Source of the DNA: Tubiluchus corallicola
Taxonomy: Eukaryota; Animalia; Priapulida
Direction: 5' to 3'
DNA: 64,000 bases
Assembly (NCBI GenBank): GCA_030141605.1
Contig: JAQGDQ010000071.1
Span: 537,605 to 601,604 of the forward strand
In this document: in pieces, positions 38,913 through 52,337 of the stretch
How positions within the stretch are numbered: position 1 is the first letter of the stretch
How the letters are laid out: each line of letters starts with the position of its first letter
Made by a program: the position numbers and the translations under genes
The notes under the pieces: model-generated
Told to the model about the DNA's origin: nothing
The model's input: the letters and a program-made list of their open reading frames with translations, nothing else
Database searches by the model: none

Positions 38913-41015
38913 AATAGTGAGGCACATGCTTACTTAACACTAGGGCAGCACAGATCTAAAATTCTTTTGGAGTAAGTCTTACGAAACTGGCTCCACTATA
39001 ACTTCCTACCTACCTAGGCAATTACTACTGCCCTGCTTTTCTGTGGTTCCTGCACCTAACGGTTGTCTATAGTTTGGTAAACAATGTGGAAAAGGCATCA
39101 ACGCATCACTAAATCAGTATAGCGATAGATGATTATACGGTCGCGTATGTCAGTCCCTATTCCCCATACCATTCTAAATCTTTTATTACTCGAGATTATA
39201 CAATCCCCAGTTGATAGGATGCGTGTCATACCCAATTTGCTGTGATTAAACTATTCAAGCGACAGATAAGATCGAACAAGAGGCTTACTTCCACAGAAGC
39301 GCGCAAGAATAAGTGACAATTCTCACATGAATTCGTGAACAAGGCACAGAGTCTATTGGCGTATAATGGTTTTTACATATCAGAAGGTTATTTGTCAAGA
39401 TGGGTTACCATCCTCATAAGACATGGCGCCTTTAATCATATTTCCCTTTTAGTAATTGCAATCTTAAAGCAATCAAGCACTTCCTGGATGTGCTTCTGAG
39501 TTTTCAAATCTTTTTGAACAATTCTGGCGTGCCCTACGTGTCCAGAAATACTAAACGTTATTTTACATCTACAATACTTGGCTGAAACAAATAGTGAAGA
39601 AAAATGTTGGATTTTTTATTTTCGTTTGCCCGTGCAAGCCGACCAGCATTCAGAATAAAGGCAGCAAACACGATTTGGTAAAAATTACATTCTGTAGTAA
39701 ACCGGAACTGTTACTGTTCACAGAGGAATGCTGACCTAGCATTGATCACTAAGTAAATTTATTCTCTATAGTCTTGGGGCTACTACTTAATCCCTGAAGA
39801 AGCTTGGGTAGCTTTATCCAAATAAGGAAAGATTTCTAAAACGGCAGAATTGTCAGATGTTCAAATGCTTAGCAGGTACTAACCAGAACGAGTGCTGCTT
39901 CACTTTGAAAAACTTTGAGGTTATGACGCCAATCTGACTCATCGTGGTACATGTATGTAAATAATGTACTTTCTCAGTATAGTATAGTCTTGGCCTAGTA
40001 CATGCTTCATACTTAAATAATCCATACTAGACCAGTGTACCGTGTAGACCACGTGGTGTACTGCTTGGTTTTTTTTATCTGCCTTAAGCCGTACCACATA
40101 TATATATACATTGTAATGTACAATGACTCCTGCTTTTAATCGAGAACAGAGAAAGGAAAGAGTGAATGAGCGAGAGAAGGAAAAAGAAATCAGAGATAGA
40201 CAAAAGAAATTTAAAATTCAAAATTTTTAAGAAAAATAAACGTGACTAATTTATTTCTACTGGGAGTCCAGTTGTTCAGAGGCTAAAATTGGACATTGTC
40301 CAAAAATCAGATGGATTTTGGTCAAAATATGCGTGAGGAAGGCGTGATTCCGCGCATATTTTGTATCATTTTTCGAAAAATGGGTTATTTGTACATGGAT
40401 GGGAACCTAATACGTTGGTAAACATCAGACGATGATACATTTAATGTACGATCTATAATGTAGTCAGGTACAGGCATGCCACATTGCGTGTACATTATAA
40501 ATGCACTTTACCTATATGTTGGTATTAGCAAATTACGAGTAGCGCATTGCGTTAGTGAACCGCCTCCGTTCTATAACTGCGCCGAGGCTTTTGTTTGCTA
40601 AACAATTTTTCCCCAGGAAAATCAAAAAGTTCGTGTAATCTTTTGTCGTGAGATTATTCATACATTCACGCACCTGCATAGTGTATTTGTTTTGAAATAA
40701 CGCCAGTCTAGCAGGTTCGTTGTGAAAGAAAATAGCAGCAAAGTTTATTAAATTTTCAGAGGAATTTACGTTATTAGAGTGAAGCCTTTGTACCTTTTAG
40801 CTGATAATGTTGTCAATATATAGTATTACAAAAAACTTAATCGAGCGCGCAATTCTGATAAGGTTAATTTTCGTGCCAGGACAAGCTACCTCATACTATG
40901 CTCCTAAAAATAAAATAATATATTCGTTTAATATATTAAGATTAGTTCCAAAGCTTCACAACAGGACTGAGGCATCCAAGGCGTAGCAACAAGAACTTAT
41001 TTATATAAGGAAGCC

Positions 41016-41018
<3 letters not shown>

Positions 41019-41058
<40 letters not shown>

Positions 41059-41134
41059 TCTTTCTTTCTCTCTCTTTCTCCCCTCTCTCTTTCTCTCTCT
41101 CTCTCTTCATCACTCTCTCTCCCCTCTCTCTCCC

Positions 41135-41185
<51 letters not shown>

Positions 41186-41253
41186 ACTCTCTTTCTCTCT
41201 TTCTCTTACTCCCTCCTGTCTCTCTCTCTTTCTCTCTGTCTCTCTCTCTCTTT

Positions 41254-41329
<76 letters not shown>

Positions 41330-41386
41330 TCTCTCTCTCTGTCTCCTTCTCTCTCTCCCCATTCTCTCCCTTTTATTTTCTCTCTT
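41019..41386. repeat. (CT)n pyrimidine tract
   Basis: Direct reading. Confidence 0.95.
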
Positions 41387-43221
41387 CATCACGGAATAGT
41401 AAGCAGTATCAATAATGTGCACACGTTCCACACAGTGTTCGTTACATATGACAAACACATTTTTTAAAATTTATCCTGCAGACCTGCATACTTTACAGTT
41501 TAGTACTTTATGTAGTTGGTCATATTTACTGCCACTGATATTTATGACGAAGCAAAAAACCTTCATAAATCATAAACAATAATATCAAGTAATCAGGCCT
41601 CATATTATTTGAAAGGTTTCATCTATTTTATACAATCTGCATGCGAGCCAAAACTGTTTAAATAATAGTTTACATCAGTTCCATAATATTATTAATTTCA
41701 CATATAACTGAAGGGTTTCACATTAAACTGCATGAAACACAATCATGTGGTGAATTGTTATTAGAGAAGAGTAATTTCAGGATAAACTTTACCTAAACTG
41801 ACCTGGCTCGGTGGTGGTATGCGATCGTGCCATTATTATTCGCTGGTATCAAATTACGAAGCGTCAATAAAATACAAAATTAGAAATTTTCTGCATCGTC
41901 GAAAATGGCTGCTAAACTCGCTGAATAGCTAGAGAATAATTTGACATATATCAGTAAAATCGAGGTGAATCCGTTGAGAAAAAACCGTAAAATATGAAAA
42001 AATAACCAAATATTTCGCTCCTACCCAATGAATAGTTTCACAAAATAAAAAATGTTCGTCCTGCTGTAGAAAGTTTGTAATAAATACACAATTAACTAGA
42101 TACACTATAGATTTAATAACCACTTATTTCGAAAGGTCTTAATTGTTCTGACTATTTAAATTACAGGCCAAAAAATAAAATAAAACAATGCATAGCTTCG
42201 TAATTTACGATACGTCGTGGTACAACGTACATAAACTACATAAACTAATTCACGTCGTTATCTAATTATATTGAACCATTAATATTGCTTTCTCTTACTT
42301 ATATGTTTTTCAAGCTAAAGAAATAGCTTTTTGGTGCGTTATAAATCAAAAACTGTTTTAAGTTGTTTTGTGTCAACTTCATCTCAAAAACAGCAAAACT
42401 TCTGAACTAAATAAAACAGTAAACACTCTATAAGCACTAGGAAAATAAACTGTTACAAGCGTTTTGCAAAAATAAACTGTTACAAGCGTTTTGCAAAGAC
42501 GGTGTTTTCTACACGTAATTTTGCCCACAGATATTTTATCTGCAAAAAGCAACGAAACATAAGCTTATCATTGGTACTTGGCATTCTAATTAAGTAATAT
42601 TTTTTATTTAAATAGGACAGCATTAGTTTCCAAACTGCACAACAATATTGAAGCGATCTTCGCAAGAGTTTACTTAACTGACATCGTACTTGGTGCATTG
42701 ACTTTAAGTCTAACTCCTGTGTACGACATATATAAAAATATATTTTATGTTTCTTATCAATGTGCCGCCTCTCCATATATTTATCCGGATGTTGTTACGT
42801 TTTTACTTTAGATAGAAAGTGATCTTGAACTACGCCGTTAGTTCCATTTTCCAAAATCAAAGGTAAAAAAGGTTTCACAGGCCCAACTGTTGGTTTTCTA
42901 GCTTCGCAGTATAGCAGACATAACATATTTTAAAACAGAATGATCAGTTAAGGTGTATATGTACAGAGGGTGATCTGGTTACACTGTAAGAGCTGAGCAA
43001 ATTTACGGATGCGTGAAAATAAACAATAGATTTAATATGATAGCATTGTGAACAGAGATGGACAGCTCGTGGAACGAGGGTCATTTGTTTTTCCACTCGT
43101 TGTTGGTTTTGTCATTAAATGCTGGTTAAATTCACAAGTGAGAACTTTAATTACCGTCACAGGGCTTTCTCGGGTTTATTTAAAGTTCACTGATTGTCTT
43201 CGTGTTAACTGTTGTTAAATG

Positions 43222-43701
43222 CAGGGCCTATTTCAGCCTAAGCGAGGCCCCCTGGGGGGGGGGGGGGCGTTGGACGGGCGCCACCATGGTTGGCGCCCAG
43301 AAAATTTTTGAACTGCTAGAACGCCGGAGAAGTATTTTCGAAGAGAAAATATGAAGTTATACAGTTGTTAAAGGAAAGAACAATTGAAAGAAAAACTGCT
43401 TTATTCTCAAGACCAGTCCTTAATACTTGTCAAATAGTCAAATAAAAAACAACATCTTTGCAATATGTGATACCGTACTCTCTCACTTCCGTACAAGCCG
43501 GTGTTAGAAATTCCGAAATTGAAAACAGCTGAACATCGCACCGAGCCGCTCAAGGCAAACGGCGCGCGTGCGGCAAGAGAGAGGGAGAGAGGAGACAGTA
43601 TGTTCGCAAAAAGCAAAAAAAATGTTACTTCGGCGCGAGGCCCCCCTGGAAGGAGAGGCCCCAGGGAAGTAACCCACTCCCCCCCCCTGAAATAGGCCCT
43701 G
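43222..43701. mobile_element. hAT-type MITE, young (perfect TIR and TSD)
   Basis: 15-bp perfect TIR CAGGGCCTATTTCAG / CTGAAATAGGCCCTG; 8-bp TSD GTTAAATG at 43214-43221 and 43702-43709. Confidence 0.95.
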
Positions 43702-44115
43702 GTTAAATGTATGTAATTAAAATATAACTGGTTAGTTAATTATGTCTGCCTTCATGTTTTTTTGTTAAGTAGCAGTTCAGTAACTCTCGTGGTGATATTG
43801 AGAAAAATGATTTACGTGGTGCGTGCTGCTAAAATATTGCATGTACACAGCACAGGTACAATACATTCTTAGACATTTTGGTTACTCTGCAGAAAAGAGT
43901 GACCAGAGCTATAAATAAATACCCCAATAAGTCTTCTCTTAATGTACAAAGTAGTTCAATTCCTTCAACTTTACTTTCAAACACTTAACTATCTGTTACT
44001 GTATCAATTTCTTTTCTTCAGGTCTGCTTAATCATTACCTATTTGGCTTTTGTTAACTACTTAATTAGTGCATAATAGACTCTGCCTATATGAACTGGTT
44101 GCATGTTTGTAAAAT

Positions 44116-44158
44116 TACCACTGGTGATGACAGCAGCAGCTTGTCGAAACGTTTGGTA
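44116..44158 (+). ncRNA. Minimal type I hammerhead ribozyme motif (Penelope-like element type) with A6G core variant
   Basis: TACCA-CTGGTGA-T-GACA(gcagcagct)TGTC-GAAAC-GTT-TGGTA: stem I 5 bp, stem II, GAAA, palindromic AACGTT stem III. Confidence 0.6.
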
Positions 44159-45227
44159 TGATTTTAGCAATTTAAAGTAAAAGTTTTAATACCGTTGTAT
44201 TGCTTTTAAAGTTCTATAAATGTTTTTAAGTGTCTGTAATAAAAATTAACTTCGTTATTTTGTAGATTTACTTGCCTTCCTCGTCACAGTAGGGAATATG
44301 TGTTTTTTTACTGTTACATAAGAGGAAGTGATTAAGAAAAGGCATAGGTTCGAGAAGTGATCTTTTCCCTAACTAACACTGTTTAAATGTAACAAAGAAT
44401 GTATGCCTAGCGATTATATAAAGCATTACTTGTAACACAAATTGCAAATAAAAATGTAAATTACTTTTGTGTAGGCTAAACGTCTTTTAGAAATGTGTAC
44501 ATAAAACTAATTCCTAAGCTTCACGTCGCAAAAAGGATGGCTAAAATTTTACTATGAATATATTCATCAACTCAGCAAGCCAAACAAAGGTGTAAGCTAT
44601 ATAATGTTCTACAGATTCGCTCGCTATTTGCCTTACGATATATCCTTTGCATAGGGAAGAGTACGCTTACAACAGAATTATGTGTTAGAAATTAGAATGT
44701 TAATATATATTTATTTTACAGTGCAACTTATTATAATGGATACTCCCACGAATCACGGTGAGCAACGTCAACGATGCCCAGACTTTCAAATACGAGTTCT
44801 GTCCAATTCAAATCATGTAATGTTGCTGATTACGAGAATTTCGCACATTATCGCCTTGCATCATCCAAAATAGTCGAAACCCTAACATTCCACGCCAATG
44901 AGTCACGCGAAACTTGATTTACTGCACTGTCTGCTACCTTTTCTTTTACCCCTGTAAATTGATTTATTACTGGCGCCCATACAGAACCCGTTATCAGTTC
45001 AAAATTTGTGTCAGACTTCCACTGTCATCTACCCAGTGGACAATAAGAAGCCTGTAGCTATTTGCATTATAATGGTGAGCTGGCATCATTGCGTACGGTC
45101 ACATGCAAATCTTGTTCCAGGAATTTCTGGTCGAAAGACTTGACCCGAATACTCATCTGGATGTTATTTTTGTTGTCCTTGTTGGAATTGGATAAGAGGC
45201 TGTGTAACCAACATTTACAATAGTAAT

Positions 45228-45866
45228 TATAATAACAATAATTTCGTTTAGGACATAAGCCAGGTAATCCACCGTAGGTAATTCAATACTTATTTCCGTG
45301 GTGGTTCCAGTTATTACCCGCATGCGGAGCTGGATTATGGCTTTTTGGGGCCCCTACGTTAATGAAATTATGGGGCACCCTCAGACGAAGCCACCCCTAC
45401 CTCGCCGCATCCGTCTTGAATATTTTTTTACTTGTGATATAGTTTAGCGACATTTAAGTAGGTTGAAATAAACTTATTGCAAATTCTTTAAATAAACCAG
45501 AATAGCATGTCTTTTGTTTGTCAATAAAAATATTCTTTAAAAGAAATATCCCTATTTTAGTATTTATTGCCAACCAAATTAGCATATATTCCAACATAAC
45601 CGTAGTGAAAAACACAAATGTCAACCAAAGTTTGAAAGCTCCCCCCCCCCCAAGCATGAGCAGTTCTAGGCTGCAACCTACGCTGGCCTGTTGGATAATC
45701 CAGTCCTGCCCGCATGTTACTTCGATAATCATAAACACGTACGCTTATCAAAGAAGAACCATCGGTACCATTTTTAAATCTTTGGAATTTTTAAATCTGG
45801 ACAGTTGGCCCGCAATCTCCACGGTAGTAAGCGAGCACGTTACCACTGAGCTATTCCCACACCCAA
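45228..45866 (-). mobile_element. tRNA-derived SINE, older copy, interrupted by a hAT MITE
   Basis: Aligns with 47831-48068 on both sides of the insertion (aatttcgtttaggacata; ggtaccatttt; agcgagcacgttaccactgagcta). Confidence 0.85.
45325..45708. mobile_element. hAT-type MITE nested in SINE
   Basis: TIR CGGAGCTGGATTAT versus reverse complement CAGGACTGGATTAT; perfect 8-bp TSD CCCGCATG at 45317-45324 and 45709-45716. Confidence 0.92.
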
Positions 45867-46979
45867 TAACTATAGACAAGTCAATAATGTTCCATCTAGC
45901 AGCAGTGTAACTGCACAGCTAAATAACACAAGGAGGACGTTTTCAACAGAACGACTGAACTACACCAAACAACAGGGGCAACTTTTGTAGATGGTGTGGT
46001 GCTGGTAGGAAGAGAACCTTTCATGAATGATAATCCTCTGCGATTTCAAATTAGGCACTCATATTGCGAACTAGCAACAGTTAACGTGGCAGTAGTAAGG
46101 CATTAAAGTTATTATGAAGTTCCAAGTAGGGTATGGAAGTTATTATAATTTTTGGTTTCGATGCTTAATAAATTACTTAATAAAAAGCTGATTCGACTCC
46201 AATGTTTACATTGGAACTGGAAGTGGTGCTGAATTGTGAATGTGTGTGTAACGTATTTTGTTAATCATGTTTACTATTGACAAGCTATCAGCATAGTAGT
46301 GTTAGTTTTTTGCTGGATTCACTGCTATGTTTACCTGTATTGAGAGCAGATTTCTTTTATTTTAGAATTCTCCCTGTCCACTACAACATGTGGTTGTTTC
46401 TTCTCCTCTTTTCCTTCTTCCTATCCCTAATCTTACTATTTTTTTCCATTCCATCATTTCTTCTTGCCCCAACCATTCTTTCATTCTCTCATTTCCTGTC
46501 ACCTCAACAAGCCAAGCTTTCAAGGTGTCATACAGCAACTCTTTTATTTGGTTAATTTGACTTCATCAACGTTTTTTAACCTATACTGTTTCTTTTTTTT
46601 CAATAATTTTGTACGTTGATGTATTGTATATGTATTGCTGGAGTGAAATAAATTGATTTTGATTTTTGAACATAGTCGTAATGGGAATAAACTATAATGA
46701 TACGATGATGAATGTTTACAGGTTCTAAACTGTACTTTGCTCATCGGCTTTACTAGAAAACCTGTATACAGAGTTTGTATTGTTTTTGTATATTTTTGTA
46801 ACTACAACACTTAGTGAAAACACATCGTGAAATCAGACGCGCCATACATTCTTGCTTTCAATGCCAGCTGGAGCCTGGGTCAGTTGCTTAGCGATAAATA
46901 ACCTAAATTTGTTAATGTAAGTCACTACGGTTGCTAGATGGAGACTTACTTTTTGCATCAGACTGAATAACAATAAAAA

Positions 46980-46980
<1 letters not shown>

Positions 46981-47042
<62 letters not shown>

Positions 47043-47120
47043 CAGCAGTAGCAGTAGCAGTAGCAGTAGCAGTAGCAGCATCAGCAGCAGCAGCAGCAGC
47101 AGTAGTAATAATAATAATAA
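46981..47120. repeat. (AGT)n-(AGCAGT)n-(AGC)n-(AAT)n compound microsatellite
   Basis: Direct reading. Confidence 0.95.
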
Positions 47121-47830
47121 CTTGTAATTCATAATGGATCTATTTCAGATATTTTAGTATAATACAAGTACTGTCATAATATTCATTCACAGACCAGTTA
47201 GCTCAAGGGAAAAGAATTTTCACCTCAAAAACTGCTATATATATATATATTATTTATATATCATCTATATATACATTTATTTGCATATTATAATGCCATA
47301 CATTGACAAGTTAGTATGATGGTAGCAATGTAAATTACTAAAGTAATTAATTAATTGAACAAAAGTGTTAGATACATAGTTTCAATTTCATCGTACGTAA
47401 ATTCGGGTATTAATATTTCGTTGTTCAACGTTCAATAAAATTCACGTGCTACTACTAATCCGATCATTGCAACCATAATTATTGTCATAATAACGTAGAA
47501 AAATTTTATTCTTTCCCAACGTTGTTAAGCTATTCTGAGTATTTAAGACTGACAATGCACGCAAGAGTTCATTTTTAGAGTTATCAATTGATTTCGATAG
47601 ATTCAGAGCACGTTTAACAATTATCTTTGTAAGAGGATACGTGTCTGCAAAGCATGTTGTCATACTACAATGAGAATTCCTTGGAAAAACACGGCGTAAA
47701 ATTTTTCTATATTCCATTGCTAATGGATCGTTATTGTCTGTTAACTCAAATATTGAGCTACCATAGAAAAATGTATAGCAAAAAATATGAAGATAACAAT
47801 TTCATTAAAGCAGATTTATTAGTTATTAGT

Positions 47831-48068
47831 AATAATAATAATTTCGTTTAGGACATAGTCCAGGGATATCACCTTAAGTAACTCAATACTTTTCAAGATG
47901 GTCCCGATTACCCGTTCAAGGTGGTCCACGTACTACGATAAGTACGTGTGCTTGGTTGAAGAACCAGCGGTACCATTTTCAAGTATTTGGTATGACTCGG
48001 TCGGGAGTTGAACCCGTGACCTCCGGAGTGAGAAGCGAGCACGCTACCATTGAGCTACACCACCCGGT
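47831..48068 (-). mobile_element. tRNA-derived SINE (Meta/MESC-domain-like), full copy
   Basis: Box A TAGCTCAATGG, box B GGTTCAACTCC, then GAGTCATACCAAATACTTGAAAATGGTACC resembling the MetaSINE/RUDI central domain (from memory); (ATT)n tail. Confidence 0.85.
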
Positions 48069-49919
48069 AAGTAACAGTTAAAAAAGGATGAAAGTGAATT
48101 AGCAGCTGTAAAGCCACTTTTGAAATATATGACATCCAGTGATTGATTTAAATCATAGGTGACAATACGCCCTAAGTGATTAACACTATCGTGCCATTTT
48201 AATACTTTTCCATTAATTTCAATATTAGTTACATTAGCATGTTTTCATTTTCTGAATAGAATCATTTTCGGTGGCAAACTCCCTGCATCTTTTAATCATC
48301 TTTTTTGAAGCATTTACAGACGGAGCAAGGAGAGTTACGTCGTCCGCGTAACCAGTCGCCCCGACAAATTGGTTTAGCAAGTAACATTCTAATCTGCTTT
48401 TTTAGCTTATGTAGTAGATCATTAATATATACCGTGAACAAAATCAAAGAAAGCATGCTGCCTTGTCTTATTCAGTGAGTCGGCAGTATCACAGGTCACG
48501 TGACGCAAGTAAGCAATAGCTACCCTGCATCTTTATTCGAATAGCTCACAGCGCAAAAAAAGCTTCGTGCCAATCTAAAGGCGAACTATTCTGCGTTTCA
48601 GCGTTGCACGGCAATTAAAATCTCCACCGAACTTTCGTGTTGAACTGCAAACGTGAGCATTACATACAAATAAGATCTTGGAAATGTGGTATAACTTTTC
48701 CACCTAGACATTTCATACTCAACATGCAGCTGGTCTTTTCTTGTCCTTTAAATGATCGGTTGTGTCCGAGTTTCACCACTTTTTGAGGATGCGGTAACTG
48801 TAATGTTATTTCAACATTTTTAACGTGCAGTTAACTTAGGAATTAATTACAGCCTATAAACTGTTAGCTCAGCTCTTTAAAAAACGAGCCCACTTCCTAA
48901 ATTCCCATTTCCAGAATGGCTTAATAAAATTACAGGTCAATCGGGTAAACGATAATAATTTTGCACTTTTTTGAAAGCGACTTGCTGCTCCTGTTCTAAT
49001 AGCATAAACACTGCAGCAAATAACAAAAAGTCATATTATGAATGTACATATTATTGCGCTTTTTACTCATAATTGTGGAGCAGCTTTCATCGATTCAATG
49101 GCATGCAGCATCGTTATTAATATATCCCTGGAACAGGATATGATCACATATTATGAGTCTTCTCTTCCTGGAGGTAACTTAAATTAATGACTTGCGTAAC
49201 AGTAGTATAGATAGACATTTCGCACCACAGAAAAATCGTATAATACTGCGCGCTACAGTCAAGCACGCAATTCTGCATAATTTTACATAATTCCAGACAC
49301 ATTTTAGATAAATTCCCACAAAGTTAGTCACATGTATCATGATGTATGTCGTTTGGTAAAACTAAAAACACTTACCGTAAAAAAATTATAACATTTCCGC
49401 CAAGAATTTTTCCCATCCACCATTAGACAGCAATGCCAGCTTACAGCTATGAAGGTAGGGTTACCAAATTAACGTATTTTCAACAAGCATGAAGTTCTAG
49501 CAATCTTTGACAAAACGTCGCCCTGCGGTCACTTTTAATCAACTGGACCTTATGTCGTATTGTTGTTTTGTTAACTCGCCAGTGAGCATTTCGTCGTCTG
49601 CTGATTGCACCTGTTGCGCTCAGGTGAAGATGCTTAGCTTCCGGCTTCAGCGAATGAATGTTGAAACCTCCTCTGGCTGAATCAACGAAGCTGTAATCAG
49701 ATACAGCGCCACACTGTGGCAAATACTCTAAACATTGTACATGCAGAACCAAGCCGTCTGTGTACACTTCACATTTTCATAGCAAATTTCCTTCAATAAA
49801 ATAATGCAAATGTTATGTGAAATTTAATATGAAAAGTTTGTATGTTTGTGAATGTCCTTATTGGATATTACATTCTCTGATATATTCCGTATAATTAAAT
49901 AATCGTTTTATACTTTTTT

Positions 49920-50060
49920 GTTTGCATTTAGACACATTTGTCGTGAAACAGTGTTATTATTTTAACATTATGACTATAATGTTGAGGCTTACTCAGTTTT
50001 ATTGTAAAAACAATGAATCATTTTAATGAGAAATAAAATACTACTACTACTAATAATAAA
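49920..50060 (+). mobile_element. LINE 3' UTR fragment related to the 15290-16200 element
   Basis: catttgtc..aacagtgtt.ttattttaacatta..tgagg.ttactca.ttttatt..cattttaatga.aaataaa shared with 16090-16192. Confidence 0.7.
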
Positions 50061-50202
50061 TGCCTAGGCGTTCAATGAGGGTGCCAATAGGAAGGAAAAA
50101 ATTTACTATTTGTATAAAAGAGGACGTCTTATGATCAATTCTAATGTGCAATTCAGAGCCAATGCTAATGTATCAGGTTTTTAATTTACAGGCCAATGTT
50201 AA

Positions 50203-50810
50203 AGGAAAACAGGATAATTCTTCATATATTGCTCCATTTTCAGGTCAGATAAAAAGTATGCATTTTAACAGAGTTAATACTGCGAAAATTGTTTCTGATA
50301 ACCAAGTAATAGATTTTAAACTTAATTAACGGCAGACGAGCACAACTATTCATGACATCACAAACTAAAATAATTTTCAACAACAAAATCTTTCCATGAG
50401 TACGTTGCACAGTTTGTTAAAGCGAAAATTGAAGTACAGTGCTACTGTAAGATTTCAGTGTGCTGTACTAAAATTAGGCAAGCTCTAAGATAAAAATTCA
50501 CATTTCAAATTCACCTCTGTGCTCACACATAAGCTGTCTAACGTGTGTAGTTTGTCACAAACTAACACATGTAAACTGATAGGTACAGCACCTGTTTTTG
50601 TACAATGTATTTCCGAAATACAGACGCTACTGCCCATCCAACTACGAATGGCAAACAGCAAGGAACTAGTGACGCGAAAGCGAAATTGTGTTTGTGTGGT
50701 GGTAATAATTGTTTCACGTAAGTCACTTTTGAAAAAAAGTATGTTTCCTTTGAATATTTTAAAGAGTAGTTTGTTTTGACCTACAGTTTAAGATTGGGTC
50801 CAGTTTTGCT
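50203..50810 (+). mobile_element. Family A TTAA MITE, full copy
   Basis: TTAA|AGGAAAACAGGATAATTC ... GGGTCCAGTTTTGCT|TTAA. Confidence 0.88.
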
Positions 50811-52216
50811 TTAAGAATTTAGTGCTCAGACATAGCTTTATTTCTCACACTTTTATGTATTATGTACCAGTTTGAAACTTCAACATTTTTCCAAAAATGC
50901 AAAAAGTGACAAATTTAGACAATATACAAGTACAGATTTAATTTATATATTATTTAATTGGTATGTCGGACACATGAAAATCAACATGTTTTTTCAAAAT
51001 ATTCAGCATTAGTCTTTTTGAGTTTGCCTTCAACTCATATTATTGTCATTTGTCTCTTACTAAAAAATCAGTTACGTTCACTTAAGAACTCAAATTAATT
51101 AGAAGCTTCTGAATAAACTACACGGGTTTCCTCTTTACGAAACATTAGAAAAACCACAAAAGCTTATGATGTTTTCTGGGACCATGATGACGTGGCTTGA
51201 TTCTGATTATGTAAGTAATCTGATTATGCTATGACGTATAATATAATATGGCTTGATGTATATAATTCTGATTATGCTATGACATGTATAATATAATAAA
51301 GACAGATTTTACTATTGCGAGTCAGCAGAGAGATAGCTTGTAAAAGCATCAGTAGAAAGAAATGGAAAGCAAAATACGTTCAAATAAATACAATCAAATT
51401 GAAAATATTCGTCATTTCTGACAACCAAAAATACGTGTATTATTGTGCTGACATGATAATAAAGATGACTGAGACATCAAATACACCTTGCAAGACTGAA
51501 GACAATTTCAGACAATATTACATACGCAATAGATTACATAGGTCCCCATATTGATTTGATTACTGAGTGTAATCCGTAATAGGATACCCTGAACCTAGAC
51601 CTGTGTGTGCATTTTCAATGAAATCAAATAACATGTATCCCCTAAAATACAACCACAAACATAAATGCAGGCCATATGAGTGCTTGATAAAGACACATAG
51701 AAAACATATGTGCAACAGTAATACAAAAACTGTGCTTAAATCAAGTCATCTAAACCAAAAATCATTAGTATTCTTCAAGGTTATATACAGATGTAACCAA
51801 CATTTCACTAGTGGCACACAGTGTTTTCTAGGAACTTAATTTCTTAGTACAGATCTGTTTAGAAGTTACGAAAATATCCCTAGTCTATTGCTTCAGACTT
51901 AAAAGTAATTTTTTATAATATCAACTTATACAGGAACTATTCTTCAAGAAATGGACTATGACCCCCCTATTGTTTGGAAAGCTTCTCGGATCTTATCCTA
52001 AATACTGCACATTTCAAGCAATTTGTGAGACAAATTGTGGTCATCCCCAATAACAGAACAGGTTTGAATAAGAGCCTGGCATATGACACTCTGTGCCATC
52101 ACCTTTGCAGAAAATGCTAAAATTAAAATTATTTACACAACTATAGCTATATGGAAAAGGGAAGAGTTAAGTGGTGTAGCCACGACTAAGCTTGCATTAC
52201 AAGTAATGGGTTTAAA

Positions 52217-52337
52217 TTAGTCGAGAATGACGACTTGATCCGAGCGTCCAAAACCGGGAGTTTTCACGTTCACTCTTCGCCACGGTTTGCGAGCGATCTT
52301 TCTCAGTTCGATTCCAGTCAACTGTTTACGAACTTTC
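52217..52337 (-). CDS. MTA1: MTA terminal coding exon (R2 end, SIM-like VVILD C-terminus, TAA)
   Basis: Acceptor ttatttttag; [40 protein letters not shown]; stop at 52217-52219. Confidence 0.92.

Noticed and set aside
45900-47800. Possible further LINE/Penelope coding remnants (CRWCG; YHYSLFP; DTYPL)
   Set aside because: Motifs too short and decayed to support a call without a search
47995-48068. tRNA gene
   Set aside because: A and B boxes present but no proper acceptor stem; continues into SINE body and (ATT)n tail
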